From NCBI RefSeq assembly GCF_963921235.1, contig NC_086109.1, forward strand, positions 248,001 through 312,000: a DNA stretch of 64,000 nucleotides, given 5' to 3'. The translations under genes and the position numbers were made by a program. Source of the stretch: Mobula hypostoma. Its lineage: Eukaryota. Shown here piece after piece: positions 53,063 to 64,000 of the stretch. How positions within the stretch are numbered: position 1 is the first letter of the stretch; each line of letters starts with the position of its first letter. Under the pieces are notes generated by a model. It did not search any database. It was given only the letters and a program-made list of their open reading frames with translations, and was not told where the DNA came from.

Positions 53063-54416
53063 TGTAGATTTTTACAAATAAAATGAGCTGAGGCGTCAAA
53101 TGTTTAATGAAACCTATAACACATTTTATCGAATTCGAAAACCTAAATACAAAAGCACGCGAAGAAGTCTTCACATAAAAACGTCATCACGTCAGAGCAG
53201 TCTGTTAAAGTGAAACCTCAACTCAAGTCGGTGGTTGTGAATAATGTACACTTCTCCCAATTACGTTACCTTACACAGGCCTCCCCGCAGAATTCACTGA
53301 AACCGGCATCGTGAGCCTTTCTGGAGCTCGGACACGCTGCCAGGCTCTGCCATCTGGCCCTATGTTCCACAGGTGGAGGAACAGCAGATGCCTCTGGCTT
53401 ATCCAGAGGTGTGTTGGCATGGTCATTATCATGTCGTGACAGCAGGGGCATGGTAGTGGAACCCTCCAAGTCTCAGCGGGCCGGCTTAAGCCGATCTACT
53501 GAAATACATTCAGGTTATAGCTTTTATCATCTTTTCTTCCCGTTCCTAAATGTAGAATGGGCCGGCGTAAGGGGATGTGCATCATGGAGGGCAAAAACAA
53601 ACTTCGGTGGAATGTAGGTCAACAGGACCCCAAGAGTGCCACACGCCAGACGCCATGATGGGGGGTAGGGAGAGGTGAGAAGGAATTGACTTTACTGAGG
53701 AAGGTGGAACGCTGTCGAGACGAAGAGACCGACCAGGCGGTTGTGGCATCAGGAATGAAATCATCTGGCACTGGTAATGTCTGCAGGCTTATAGACTCTG
53801 CCACGTTCTGAGACCCAGCTGGACAGGGAAGCTCTCAGGGCAGCCTTTAAGGAGCGGTTTATAGGCAACTCGGACTGCGGGTGTGATGAGTTCTGGGTCA
53901 TTGTAGCCCAGGGTAATGATTGGGGGTGGGGGCCTCGTTAAGGTGTCAATAAAAGTCTGCGAGTTTTCAGTGACCGGTATTTATCGTGTTCAGGCGGGTG
54001 TTCAAGCAGACTCGCCACTCTCATCACCATGGAGCTGCTGAGCGACGGTACCACATACGAATACTTGGTGTTGTCAGTGGTGATTTCTCGCAGTGCAAAT
54101 TGGGCTTCAGTTTGTACGAAATAAGTGACGGCATTTTGCTCACGAAACTCAGACAGTTTCAAAGTTGGCCGACTTGTTCAATAACTCTTGAGCATTGGGA
54201 TCACCAATGTCTGTTTCTGCTAATAAAATGAAGAGATGAGTCTTATGTTTAATGAAACCCATAACATATTTTATTGAATTCCAAAACCTACACAAAAAAA
54301 GCGTGTTAAAAAATCCTTACGTAAAAACGATATCACGCCAGACCAACCTGTTAAAGCGAAACCCAATGCCGGTGGTTGTGAATTATGTACATTTCTCCCG
54401 ATTATGTTACCCTACA
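53063..54416 (-). mobile_element. Internally deleted Gypsy-type LTR retrotransposon
   Basis: Two related about 210-bp TG..CA repeats (53063-53275, 54208-54416); minus-strand PBS-like TGGTGATCCC next to the 5' LTR; purine-rich GGGGAGG before the 3' LTR; gag N-terminus KLSEFREQNAVTYFVQTEAQFALREITTDNTKYSYVV; integrase tail ISVDRLKPA. Confidence 0.85.
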
Positions 54417-54417
54417 A

Positions 54418-55520
54418 CAGTCATTTTCAATGGCGGGCTGGTGTGTCCTTAAGGGGGGCATTACAGGAAATAGAAGTGATCGCAGGGTGTTCGGGATTCT
54501 TGGGGGTGCGGTAAGTGGCACGAGACCTGACTGACTGTTAGGAGAGCAGGCACTGGAACACAGACAGAACCATTGCTCTGCAGGTGGTGAGTGCTTGTTG
54601 TCACAACACATCTGAAACTCGGCAATCTTATGCAACCTTACCAACCAAACAGACATTATTGGGGAGTGCATAAATTAGCAACCAAGGTGCCCAACAGTTC
54701 CCCTGACTCGCAGCACGGGATGAGTTTATGAAATTTAACATCTGGTAGGTCAAGTACACACTCTCAACTTTCTCTATAGATCTACGGAAAACAGGCTGCA
54801 CAACAATACAGCATTGGCCAGAGCCAAACGATGAAATAGAGACTATCAATGAACCTGCCGACCCCAAGGATTCCTCCTGAGGTGTTCAAAGCGACCTCCG
54901 CTTCATATGTGCCGTCAAGAACCATCTTTGGGGATTATGAGATCTTACATTATTGGTCAATTGTGCTGACAGGAATTGGACAAAAGTAGATTGCCGAACA
55001 CCAGCTCTATCCCACTGAAAATTCAGATTCCAATTTGAATCCTTGTCAACGTGATTTTCGCTGTTGTAATTGTCTTCATCTTCGATTTGCCTTTCCTTTG
55101 TGTGCCGCTACCATCGTTCCATCCATGTCAACTCATTGCTATTGTCAACATCCGATAGGCATTCCCAGTTTGTGTTAATTTTTTGCTTTAATTAGCCCCG
55201 TTAATGATGGATAAATGGATGCAATCCCTCTGAGTCTGAAGGTGGTGAAGCCTTGAATTCTAATCCTGCTAAGAAACTACAGAAAGTGCGTCAATCCGTT
55301 ACATGCCTGGAGTTTGGTTTTATTCGTACCTCAGATCAGAGACAACTCGTGTCTTATTTGTAATACTGTACTATCTAATGACGATTACGGGAACACCTCC
55401 ATAAAAGACACCCTGGGAAGGCTACTTATGGTATTACTCAGTTCCAGAAGATGAAAGAAGTATTTGAAAAGTGTTGTACACTCGAGTCATTTGCCAGGAA
55501 AGTTAAAAATGACCTTGATA
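54418..55520 (+). mobile_element. hAT (Charlie/Buster-like) DNA transposon 5' remnant
   Basis: Starts CAGTCATTTTCAA (Charlie-type terminus); frameshifted transposase N-terminus from about 55207: MDKW...KKLQKVRQ..LEFGFI..CLICNTVLSN...EHLHKRHP (zinc-finger-like). Confidence 0.65.
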
Positions 55521-55589
55521 GTGTTTGCACACTCTTTTGGTCTTTTCAATAATTTCAAGTTCCCTGACTCAGATCAACTATGGATGTCC

Positions 55590-57920
55590 AGTCGGTATAC
55601 ACCTCCATCCCCCACCAGGAAGGCCTCAATGCACCATAGAAACCAACCTATCAGGATGTATTATGGCTTGGTTCATTAACTGCTCTGCCCGTGACCACAA
55701 GAAACTGCAGGGAGTTGTAGACACAGCTCAGAACTTCACAGAAACCAGCCTCCACTCCACAGATTCTGTTTTACACTTTTCACTGTTTTACTAAAGAAGC
55801 TAGCATAATCAAAGATCCCTCCCAGCCCGGACATTCCCTCTTCTCCCCTCCCCCATCAGGCAGAAAATACAAAAACCTGAAGGTACGTACCACCAGGAGA
55901 GGATTAAGGAAAACCCCAAGGCATTCTACAAGTATGTGAAGAGCAAGAGGGTAAGATGTGAGAGAATAGGACCAATCAAATGTGACAGTGGGAAAGCGTG
56001 TATGGAACCAGAGGAAACAGCAGAAGTACTTAATGAATACTTTGCTTCAGTATTCACTATGGAAAAGGATCTTGGCGATTGTAGGGATGACTTTACAGCG
56101 GACTGAAAAGCTTGAGCGTGTAAATACTAAGGAAGAGGATGAGCTGGAGCTTTTGAAAAGCATCAAGTTGGACAAGTAACTGGGATCAGATGAGATGTAC
56201 ACCAGGCTACTGTGGGAGGCGAGGGAGGAGATTGCTGAGCCTCTGGCGATGATCTTTGTATCATCACTGGGGACTGGAGAGGTTCTGGAGGATTGGAAGG
56301 TTGCGGATGTTGTTCCATTATTCAAGAAAGGGAGTAGAGATAGCCCAGGAAGTTTATAGACCAGTTAGTCTTACTTCAGTGGTTGATAAGTTGATGGAGA
56401 AGATCTTCAGAGGCAGGATTTATGAATATTTGAAGAGACGTAATATGATTAGGAATAGTCAGCATGGCTTTGTCAAAGGCAGGTCGTGCCTTATGAGCCT
56501 GATTGAATTTTATGAGGATGTCACTAAACACATTGATGAAGGTAGAGCAGTAGATGTAGTGTATATGGATTTCAGCAAAGCATTTGACAAGGTATCCCAT
56601 GCAAGGCTTATTGAGAACGTAAGGATCCAGGGGGACATTGCTTTGTGGATCCAGAATTGGCTTGCCCACAGAAGGCAAAGAGCGGTTGTAGACAGGTCAT
56701 ATTCTGCATGGAGGCCGGTCACCAGTGGTGTGCCTCAGGGATCTGTTCTAGGACCCCTGCTCTTCGTGATTTTTATAAATGACCCGGATGAGGAAGTGGA
56801 GGGATGGGTTAGTAAATTTGCTGATGACACAAAGGTTGAGGGTGTTGTGGATAGTGTGGAGGGCTGTCAGAGGTTACAACGGGACATATAGGATGCAAAA
56901 CTGGGCTGAGAAGTGGCAGATGCAGTTCAAGCCAGATAAGTATGAGGTGGTTCATTTCAGTTGGTCAAATATGATGGCAGAATATAGTATTAATAGTAAG
57001 ACTCTTGGCAGTGTGGAGGATCAGAGGGATCTTGGGGTCCGAGTCCATAGGACACTCAAAGCTGCTGCGCAGGTTGACTCTGTGGATAAGAAGGCATACG
57101 GTGCATTGGCCTTCATCAATCATGGGATTGGGTTTAGGGGCCGAAAGGTAATGTTGCAGCTATATTGGACCCTAGTCAGACCCCACTTGGAGTACTGTGC
57201 TCAGCTCTGATCGCCTCACTACAGGAAGGAAGTGCAAACTATAGAAAGGGTGCAGAGGAGATTTACAAGGATGTTGCCTGGATTGGGGAGCATGCCTTAT
57301 GAGAATAGGTTGAGTGAACTTGCCTTTTCTCCTTGGAGCAACAGAGGATGAGAGGTGATCTGATAGAGGTGTATAAGATGATGAGAGGCATTGATCGTGT
57401 GGATAGTCAGAGGTTTCTTCCCAGGGCTGGAATGGCTAGTACGAGAGGTTTTAAGGTTTTAAGGTGCTTAGAAGTTAACACAGAGGAGATGTCAGAAGTA
57501 AGTTTTCACACAGAGAGTGGTGAGTGCATGGAATAGGCTGCTGGTGACGGTGGTGGAGGTGGAAACGATGGGGTCTTTTAAGAGACTCCTGGACAGGTAC
57601 ATGGAGCTCAGAAAAATAGAGGGCTATGGGTAACCCTAGGTAATATCTAAGGTAAGGACATGTTCGGCACAGCTTTGTGGGCCGAAAAGCCTGTATTGTG
57701 CTGTAGGCTTTCTATGTTTCTATGTTCTATGTTTCTAGATTCAAGGGCAGCTTCTGCCCAGCTATTATAAAAGTATTGAATGGTTTCCTAGCACAATAAG
57801 ATTGACTCTTGACCTTACAATCTACCTTGTCATGATCTTGCACCTTAGTGTTTACCTGCACAGAACTTGCACTATAGCTGCTACACTTTATCTGCATTCT
57901 GTTATGGTTTTATCTTGTAC
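55590..57920 (+). mobile_element. Rex1/Babar LINE 3' fragment split by a CR1 insertion
   Basis: CTIETNLSGCIMAWFINCSARDHKKLQGVVDTAQ...IIKDPSQPGHSLFSP..SGRKYKNLKVRTT, resuming at 57737 with RFKGSFCPAIIKVLNG. Confidence 0.8.
55897..57736 (+). mobile_element. 5'-truncated CR1 LINE (RT to 3' end, few disablements)
   Basis: ORF 56256-56891 [10 protein letters not shown]...[11 protein letters not shown]...[10 protein letters not shown]...KFADDTK; tail (CTATGTTT)n at 57712-57736. Confidence 0.92.
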
Positions 57921-57924
57921 TAGA

Positions 57925-59113
57925 GAAGCAATGGCTGGGGTTTCTGGGGCAATTCAGAAGGAACAGGATAGATACATTACCAAGAAGAAGAAGCATTCTT
58001 AAGGGAAGGATGCGGCAGCTGTGGCTGTCAAGAGAAGTCAAAGCCAAGATAAAAGCAAAAGAGAGGGCCTATAATAGAGCAAAACTATTGGGAAACTTTC
58101 AAAAAGCAACAGAAGGCGACTTAAAAAGCCTTAAAGGGGTAAAAGATGAAATATGAATATAAGCTAGCCAACTGAGTGCCATTGCCCTTACTAAGGAGAA
58201 GGTTGCTTGGGAAACTGAAAGGTCTGAAGGTAGATAAGTCATCTGAACTAGGCTTAGTCCATCTTTCAGAAATGAGGCGGCTGAAGAGATTATGGAGGCA
58301 TTAATAATGATCTTTCAAGAATCACTAGACTTCGGCATGGTTCTGGAGGACTAGAAAATTGCAAATGTCAGTCCATTCTTCAAGAAGAGAGGGAAGCAGA
58401 AGAAAGGAAATTATAGACCAGTTAGCCTGACCTCAGTGATTGGGAAGATGTTGGAGTTGAATGTTAAGAATATGGTTTCAGGTACTGGGAGAAGTATATT
58501 AAAATAGGCTAAAGCCAGCATGGTTTCCTTTAGGGAAAGTAATGCCCGACAAATCTGTTGAAAATCTTTGAGGAAATAACAAGCAGGATAGACAAAGGAA
58601 AATCAGTGGATGCGGTGTACTCAGATTTTCAGAAGGCCTTTGGCAAGATGTCACAGATGAGCCCATGGTATGACAGGAAAAACACTACCATGGATAGAAC
58701 TTTGGCTGATTAGCAGGAGACAAAGAGTGGGAATAAAGGGAGACCTTTCTGGTTGGCTACCAGTGGCTAGTTGTGTTCCACAGGGGTTGGTTTTGGGACC
58801 ACATCTTTTTACGTTGTATGTCAATAATTTGGATGATGGAATTGATGGCTTTGTGGCCAGGTTTGCATATAAGAAGATTGGTGGAGAGGCAGTTAGTGTT
58901 GAGGAAGCAAGGAGGCTGCAGAATGATTTAGACAGATTAGCAGAAGTGGCAGATGGAATATAGTGTCAGGAAGTGTATGGTCATGCACTTTGGTAGAAGG
59001 AATGAAAGTGTAGCCCGTTTCCCAAGCGGAGAAGATTCAAAAATCCGAGATGCAAGGGGACTTAGGAGTCCTCATGCAAGTCTCCATGAAGATTACTTTT
59101 CAGGTTAGAGTCA
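57925..59113 (+). mobile_element. Degenerate CR1 ORF2; resumes at 63961-64000
   Basis: [34 protein letters not shown]; breaks at CAGGTTAGAGTCA and continues as TGAGTCAGTGGTGAGGAAGGTGAATGCA. Confidence 0.8.
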
Positions 59114-59897
59114 TATAGTCACAGAAAAATACAGTGCAGAAATAGGCCATTTGGCCCATCTAGTCCATGCCAAACCATTTAAGCTGCCTACTCCCATCGA
59201 CATGCACCATATACCTATACAAACTTCTCTTAAACTTTGAAATGGAGATTGCATAGACCACTTGTACTGGCAGCTCTGAGTAAAGAAATTTCCCCTCATG
59301 TTCCCCTTAAACTTTTCACCCTTCACCCTTAACCCATGACCTCTGGTTGTAGTCCCACCCACCCAAAGTGGAAAAAGCCTGCCTTCATTTACTCTCTCTA
59401 TACCCTCAGAATTTTGTATACCTCTATCAAATCTCCCCTCAATCTTCTAAGTTCCAAGGAATAAAGTCCTGCTTATTCAATCTTTCCTCTTATCTCAAGT
59501 CTTCCAGACCTGGCAGCATCCTTGTAAATTTTCTCTGCACTCTTTCAACCTTATTTACATATTTCCTGCAGGAAGGTGACTAAAACTGCACACAATCCTC
59601 CAAAGTAGGCTTCACCAACACTTTATGCAACTTCAACATGTCCTGTACTCAATACTTTGAGTTATAAAGGCCAATGTGCCAAAAGCTTTCTTGATGACCT
59701 GTAATGCCACTTTCACTGAATTATGGACCTGTATTCCCAGATCCCTTTGTTCTATGGCACTCCTAAGTGCCCAACCGTTAACTGTATAAGATCTACTCTG
59801 GTCATTTCTACCGAAGAGCAACACCTCGCATTTGCCTGTATTAAAATCCAACTTCCATTTTTCAGCACATTTTCCCAGCTGGTTTAGATCCCATTCA

Positions 59898-62473
59898 ACC
59901 TTATTAGGGAGCTCAATGTAAAGGAACCCTTAGGAGGCAGTGATCATAATATGATTGAATTCATACTGCAAATTGAGAGGGAAAAGCATGTCACATGTAT
60001 CAGAATCACAATGGAATAAAGCAAATTACAGAGGCATGAGAGAGGAGCTTGCCCAGCTGGATTGGAGGAGGATACCGGCAGGGGTGACAGCAGAGCAGAG
60101 ATGGCTGAGGTTTCTGGGAATAGTTCACAAGGTGCAGGATAGATATGTCCCATAGAAGAAATTGTTCTCAAATGGCAGGGACAGGCAACCATAGCTGACA
60201 AGGGAAGTTAACAACTGCAAAAGTGACTGGGAAGTTGGATGTTTGGGAAGCTTTTAAAATCCAACAAAACACAACTAAAAAGGAGGAAAAGTTGAAATAT
60301 GAAGGCAAACTAGCCAATAATATAAAGCAGGACACCAAAAGTTTTTTCAGTGATATGAGGAGTAAAGGGGAGGGGAGGTAAGAGTTGATATTGGACCACT
60401 GGAAAATGATGCTGGTGACGTAGTAATGGGGGAGAAAGAAATGGCAGATGAACTTGCATCTGTCTTCAATGTGGAAGACACTAGCAGTGTACCAAAGGTC
60501 CATGTGTGTCAGGGAGCAGAAGTGCATACCATTGCTATTACATAGGAAAAGTATCAGGCAAACTCAAAGGTATGAAGGTTGATAAGTCACCTGGACCAGA
60601 TGGACTACATCCCAGAGATTGCTGGAGGGGTAGCGGATGCATTGGTCATGATCTTTCAAGAATCACTTGATTCTGGCATGTTTCCGGAGGACTGGAAAAT
60701 TGAAAATGTCACTCCACTCTTTAAGAAGGCAGAAGAAAGGAAATTATAGGCCAGTTAGCCTAACCTCTGTGGTTGGGAAAGTGTTGAATTCTATTATTAA
60801 GGATGAGATTTTGGAGTACTTGGAGACTAATGATAAAATAAGGCAAAGTCAGCATGGTTTCTGTAAAGGGAAATTTTGCCTGACAAATCTGGTAGAGTTC
60901 TTCAAGTAAGTAACAAGCAGCGTGGACAAAGAAGAGACAGTGGATGTCATTTACTTCGATTTTCAGAAGGCATTTGATAAGGTGCCCACACGCAAGGCTG
61001 CTTAACAAGATAAAATCCTGTGGAGTTACAGGAAAGATACTGGCACGGATAGAGGAATGGCTGACAGGCAAGAGGCAGCAAGTGGGAATAAAAGGGGGCC
61101 TTGTCTGGTTGGCTGCCAGTGACTAGTGGTGTTCCTCAGGGGTCAGTAATGGGGCTGTTACTTTTCATATTGTTTGTCAATTATTTAGATTACGGAATTG
61201 ATGGCTTTCTGTCAAAGACTAACTGAACACTCCAGCAAAGCTCAAAAACACAAGATCTGCAGATGCTGCAAATCGGAGCAACACACACAAAGTGCTGCAG
61301 GTACTCAGCAGGCCAGGCAGCATCTATGGAAAAGAATAAAGAGTCAGTGTTTCAGGCCAGGACCCTTCATCAGGACTGGGAAAAGGATGAGAAGTTAGAG
61401 TAAGAAGAAGTACAAAAAAGTAGGTAATAGGTAAAACCAAGAGAGGGCGGGCTGAAGTAAAGAGCTGGGAAGCTGATTAATTGAAAGAGATAAATGACTA
61501 GAAAAGGGGAAATCTGATAGCAAAGGACTAAAGACTTTGTAGCAAAGTTTGCAGATGATACAAAGATAGGTGGAGGGGTAGGTAGTGCTGAGGAAGCAAT
61601 GCGATTACAGCAGGACTGAGAAAAATTGGAAGAATGGGCAAAAATGTGGCAGATGGAATACAGTGTTGGAAAATGTATGATAATGCATTTTGGTAAAAGG
61701 AACAATAGTGTGGACTATTATCTAAATGGGGAGAAGGTTCAAACATCAGAGGTGCAGAGGAACGTAGGGGTCCTCATGCAAGACTCTCAGAAGGTTAATT
61801 TACAGGTTGAGTTTGTGGTAAAGAAGGCAAATCCAATGTTGGCATCTATTTCAAGGGAAATAGAAATTAAAATTAAGGAGATAATGCTGAGGCTTTATAA
61901 GACAGTAGTCAGGCTGCACTTGGAGTATTATCAACAATTTTCGGCCCTGTATCTCAGAAAGGATGTGTTGTCATTGGAGAGAGTACAGAGGAGATTCACG
62001 AGGACGATTTTGGGAATGAAGGGGTTACTGTGTGAGGAGCGTTTGGCAGCTTTGGGCCTGTACTCACTGGAATTTAGAAGAATATGGGAGGATCTCATTG
62101 AAACTTACCAGATGTTGAAATGACTATGTAGGTTGGATGTGGAGAGGATATTTCCTTTGGTGGGGTATCCAGAATTAGAGGGCACAACCTCAGAATTGAC
62201 GGATGACCCTTTGCAACAGAGGTAAGGAGAATTTTTTTTTTAGCCAGAGAATAGTGAATCTGTGGAATACTCTGTCACAAACCGAGGTGGAGGCCATGTC
62301 TGTGAGTATATTTAAGGTGGCAGTTGATAGCTTCCTGGTCAGTCTGGGCATCAAAGGATATGGTGAGAAGGCAGGCGTATGGGGTTGAGTGGGATCCGGG
62401 ATCAGCCATGATGGAATAGCAGAGCAGACTCGATGGGTGAATGGCCTAATTCTGCTCCTATGTCTTATGGTCT
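59898..62473 (+). mobile_element. CR1 LINE ORF2 to 3' end (degenerate)
   Basis: [51 protein letters not shown] 61626-62123; tail CCTATGTCTTATGGTCT. Confidence 0.9.
61218..61534 (-). mobile_element. Penelope-like 3' fragment with hammerhead motif at 61342-61378 (cleavage site mutated)
   Basis: Minus strand CAGTC-CTGATGA-AGGGTCCTGGCCT-GAAA-CACT-GACTC; flanked by decayed duplication CTTTCTGTCAAAG (61205-61217) / CTTTGTAGCAAAG (61535-61547). Confidence 0.7.
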
Positions 62474-64000
62474 AAGCTCTGGTAGTCTTTCTCTCTGTCC
62501 ACTACACCCCTGATCTTGGTGTCATCAGTGAATTTGCTGATCCAATTAACCACAATATCATCCAGATCGTTGATATAGATGACAAACAACAATAGACCCA
62601 GCACCACTAGTCAGGGGCCTCCAGTCACAGAAACCATCATCTACTACCACTCTCTGGCTTCTTCCAAGAAGCCAATGTCTAATCAATTTACTACCTCCTC
62701 TTGAATGTCGAGTGACTAAACCTTCTTGACCAGCCTCCCATGTGGGACCTTGTCAAATACTTTACTAAAGTCCATGTGGACAACAACCACTGCCTTGCCC
62801 TCATCAACGTTCCAGGTAACTTACTCTAAAACCTCTATACGATTGGTTAGACACAACCTACCACGCAAGAAGCCATGCTGATTAATCCCTAATCAATCCA
62901 GGTCTTTCCAAATACTTATATATCCAGTCCCTTAGAATACCTTCCAATAATTTTCCCACTACTGATGTCAGGCCTACTGGCACATAATTTCCAAACAACA
63001 TCAGCTATCCTCCAATCCTCCTGTACCTCTCCTGTCACTAAGGATGATTTAAATATCTCTGCTAGGATCCCTGAAATTTCTGTATTTGCCTTCCAAAGGG
63101 TCTGAGGGAACACCTTGTCAGGCCCTGGGGATTTATCCACCCTAATTTGCCTTAAGACAGCAAACACTTTATCTCTGTAATCTGTATAGGATCCACGAAC
63201 TTGATGCTGTTTTGCCCCACTTCTATAGACTCTGTGTCCATCTCCTGAGTAAATACAGATGCAAAAAATTCCAATTAAGATCTCCCTCATCTCTTTTGGC
63301 TCCACACATGGATCACCATTCTGATCTTCCAGAGGACCAATTTTGTCCCTTGTGATCCTCTTTCTCCTAAAATATCTGTAGAATCCCTCAGGATTCGCCT
63401 TTATCTTGACTGCCAAGGCAACCTCATGCCTTTTTTTAGCCTCTCCAATTTATTTCTTAAGTGTTCTCTTGCATTTCTTATCCTCCCCAAGCACCTCATT
63501 TGTTCCTACCTGCCTGTACCTGCTATGCATCTCCTTTTTCCCTTAACCAGGGCAACAATATCTCCTGAAAAGCAAGGTTCCCTATGCTTGTTATCTTTAC
63601 CTTTTATTCTGACAGGCATGTACAAGCTCTGTACTCTCAAAATTTCACTTTTGAAGGCCTCCCACTTAGCAAGTACATCTTTGCCAGAAAACAGCCTGTC
63701 CCAATCCACACTTGTCAGATCCTTTCTGACATCATCAAAGTTGGCCTTTCCGCTATTTAGAATCTCAATCCACAGACAGACCTATCTTTTTCCATATTTA
63801 CTTTAAAACTAATGCCATTATGATCATTAGATACAGTCTTTCCTGACAAAATGTTCTGTCACCAGCCCTGTCTCATTCCCCAATATCAGATCAAGTATCA
63901 CACACTCTCTTATTGGGGCTTCTATGTACTAATTAAGGAAACTTTACTGAACATATGCATTGAGTCAGTGGTGAGGAAGGTGAATGCATTAATTTCGAGA

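Larger units (their letters stand above)
59108..63960 (-). mobile_element. CR1 LINE on the minus strand, split by another CR1 (59898-62473)
   Basis: 3' end at 59108-59892 (RGHGLRVKGEKFKGNMRGNFFTQ; FNTGKCEVL), RT and linker at 62474-63960 ([24 protein letters not shown]); the two halves join collinearly. Confidence 0.85.

Noticed and set aside
41230..63806. Numerous 60-130 aa ORFs antisense to or out of frame with LINE sequences
   Set aside because: They are shadow frames of CR1, Rex and Gypsy remnants, not independent genes.

Overview
Vertebrate-type, repeat-saturated eukaryotic DNA with no recognisable host protein-coding gene. The mix of CR1 LINEs, Rex1/Babar LINEs and short Penelope-derived elements looks chondrichthyan (ray/shark); this is an inference, not tested. 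More than half the window (6866-40951, about 34 kb, about 1100 units) is a 31-bp tandem array, consensus CCGCAGTCTCCCTCAGCACAGACGCCTCACA. The array sits inside the reverse-transcriptase domain of a degenerate Rex1/Babar LINE, and its unit is an amplified piece of that RT coding sequence (the 'TISLSTGAPQG' stretch). The RT reads into the array on the left and resumes right after it on the right. The giant + strand ORFs in the ORF track are artefacts of this stop-free 31-mer. The flanks are nested mobile-element debris: many CR1 and Rex1/Babar fragments (one young CR1 with an open RT frame), a deleted Gypsy LTR element, a hAT/Charlie-type remnant, and several Penelope-like terminal fragments carrying minimal hammerhead ribozyme motifs, one with an intact core at 47866-47903 on the minus strand. 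Element boundaries were placed by eye and are approximate.
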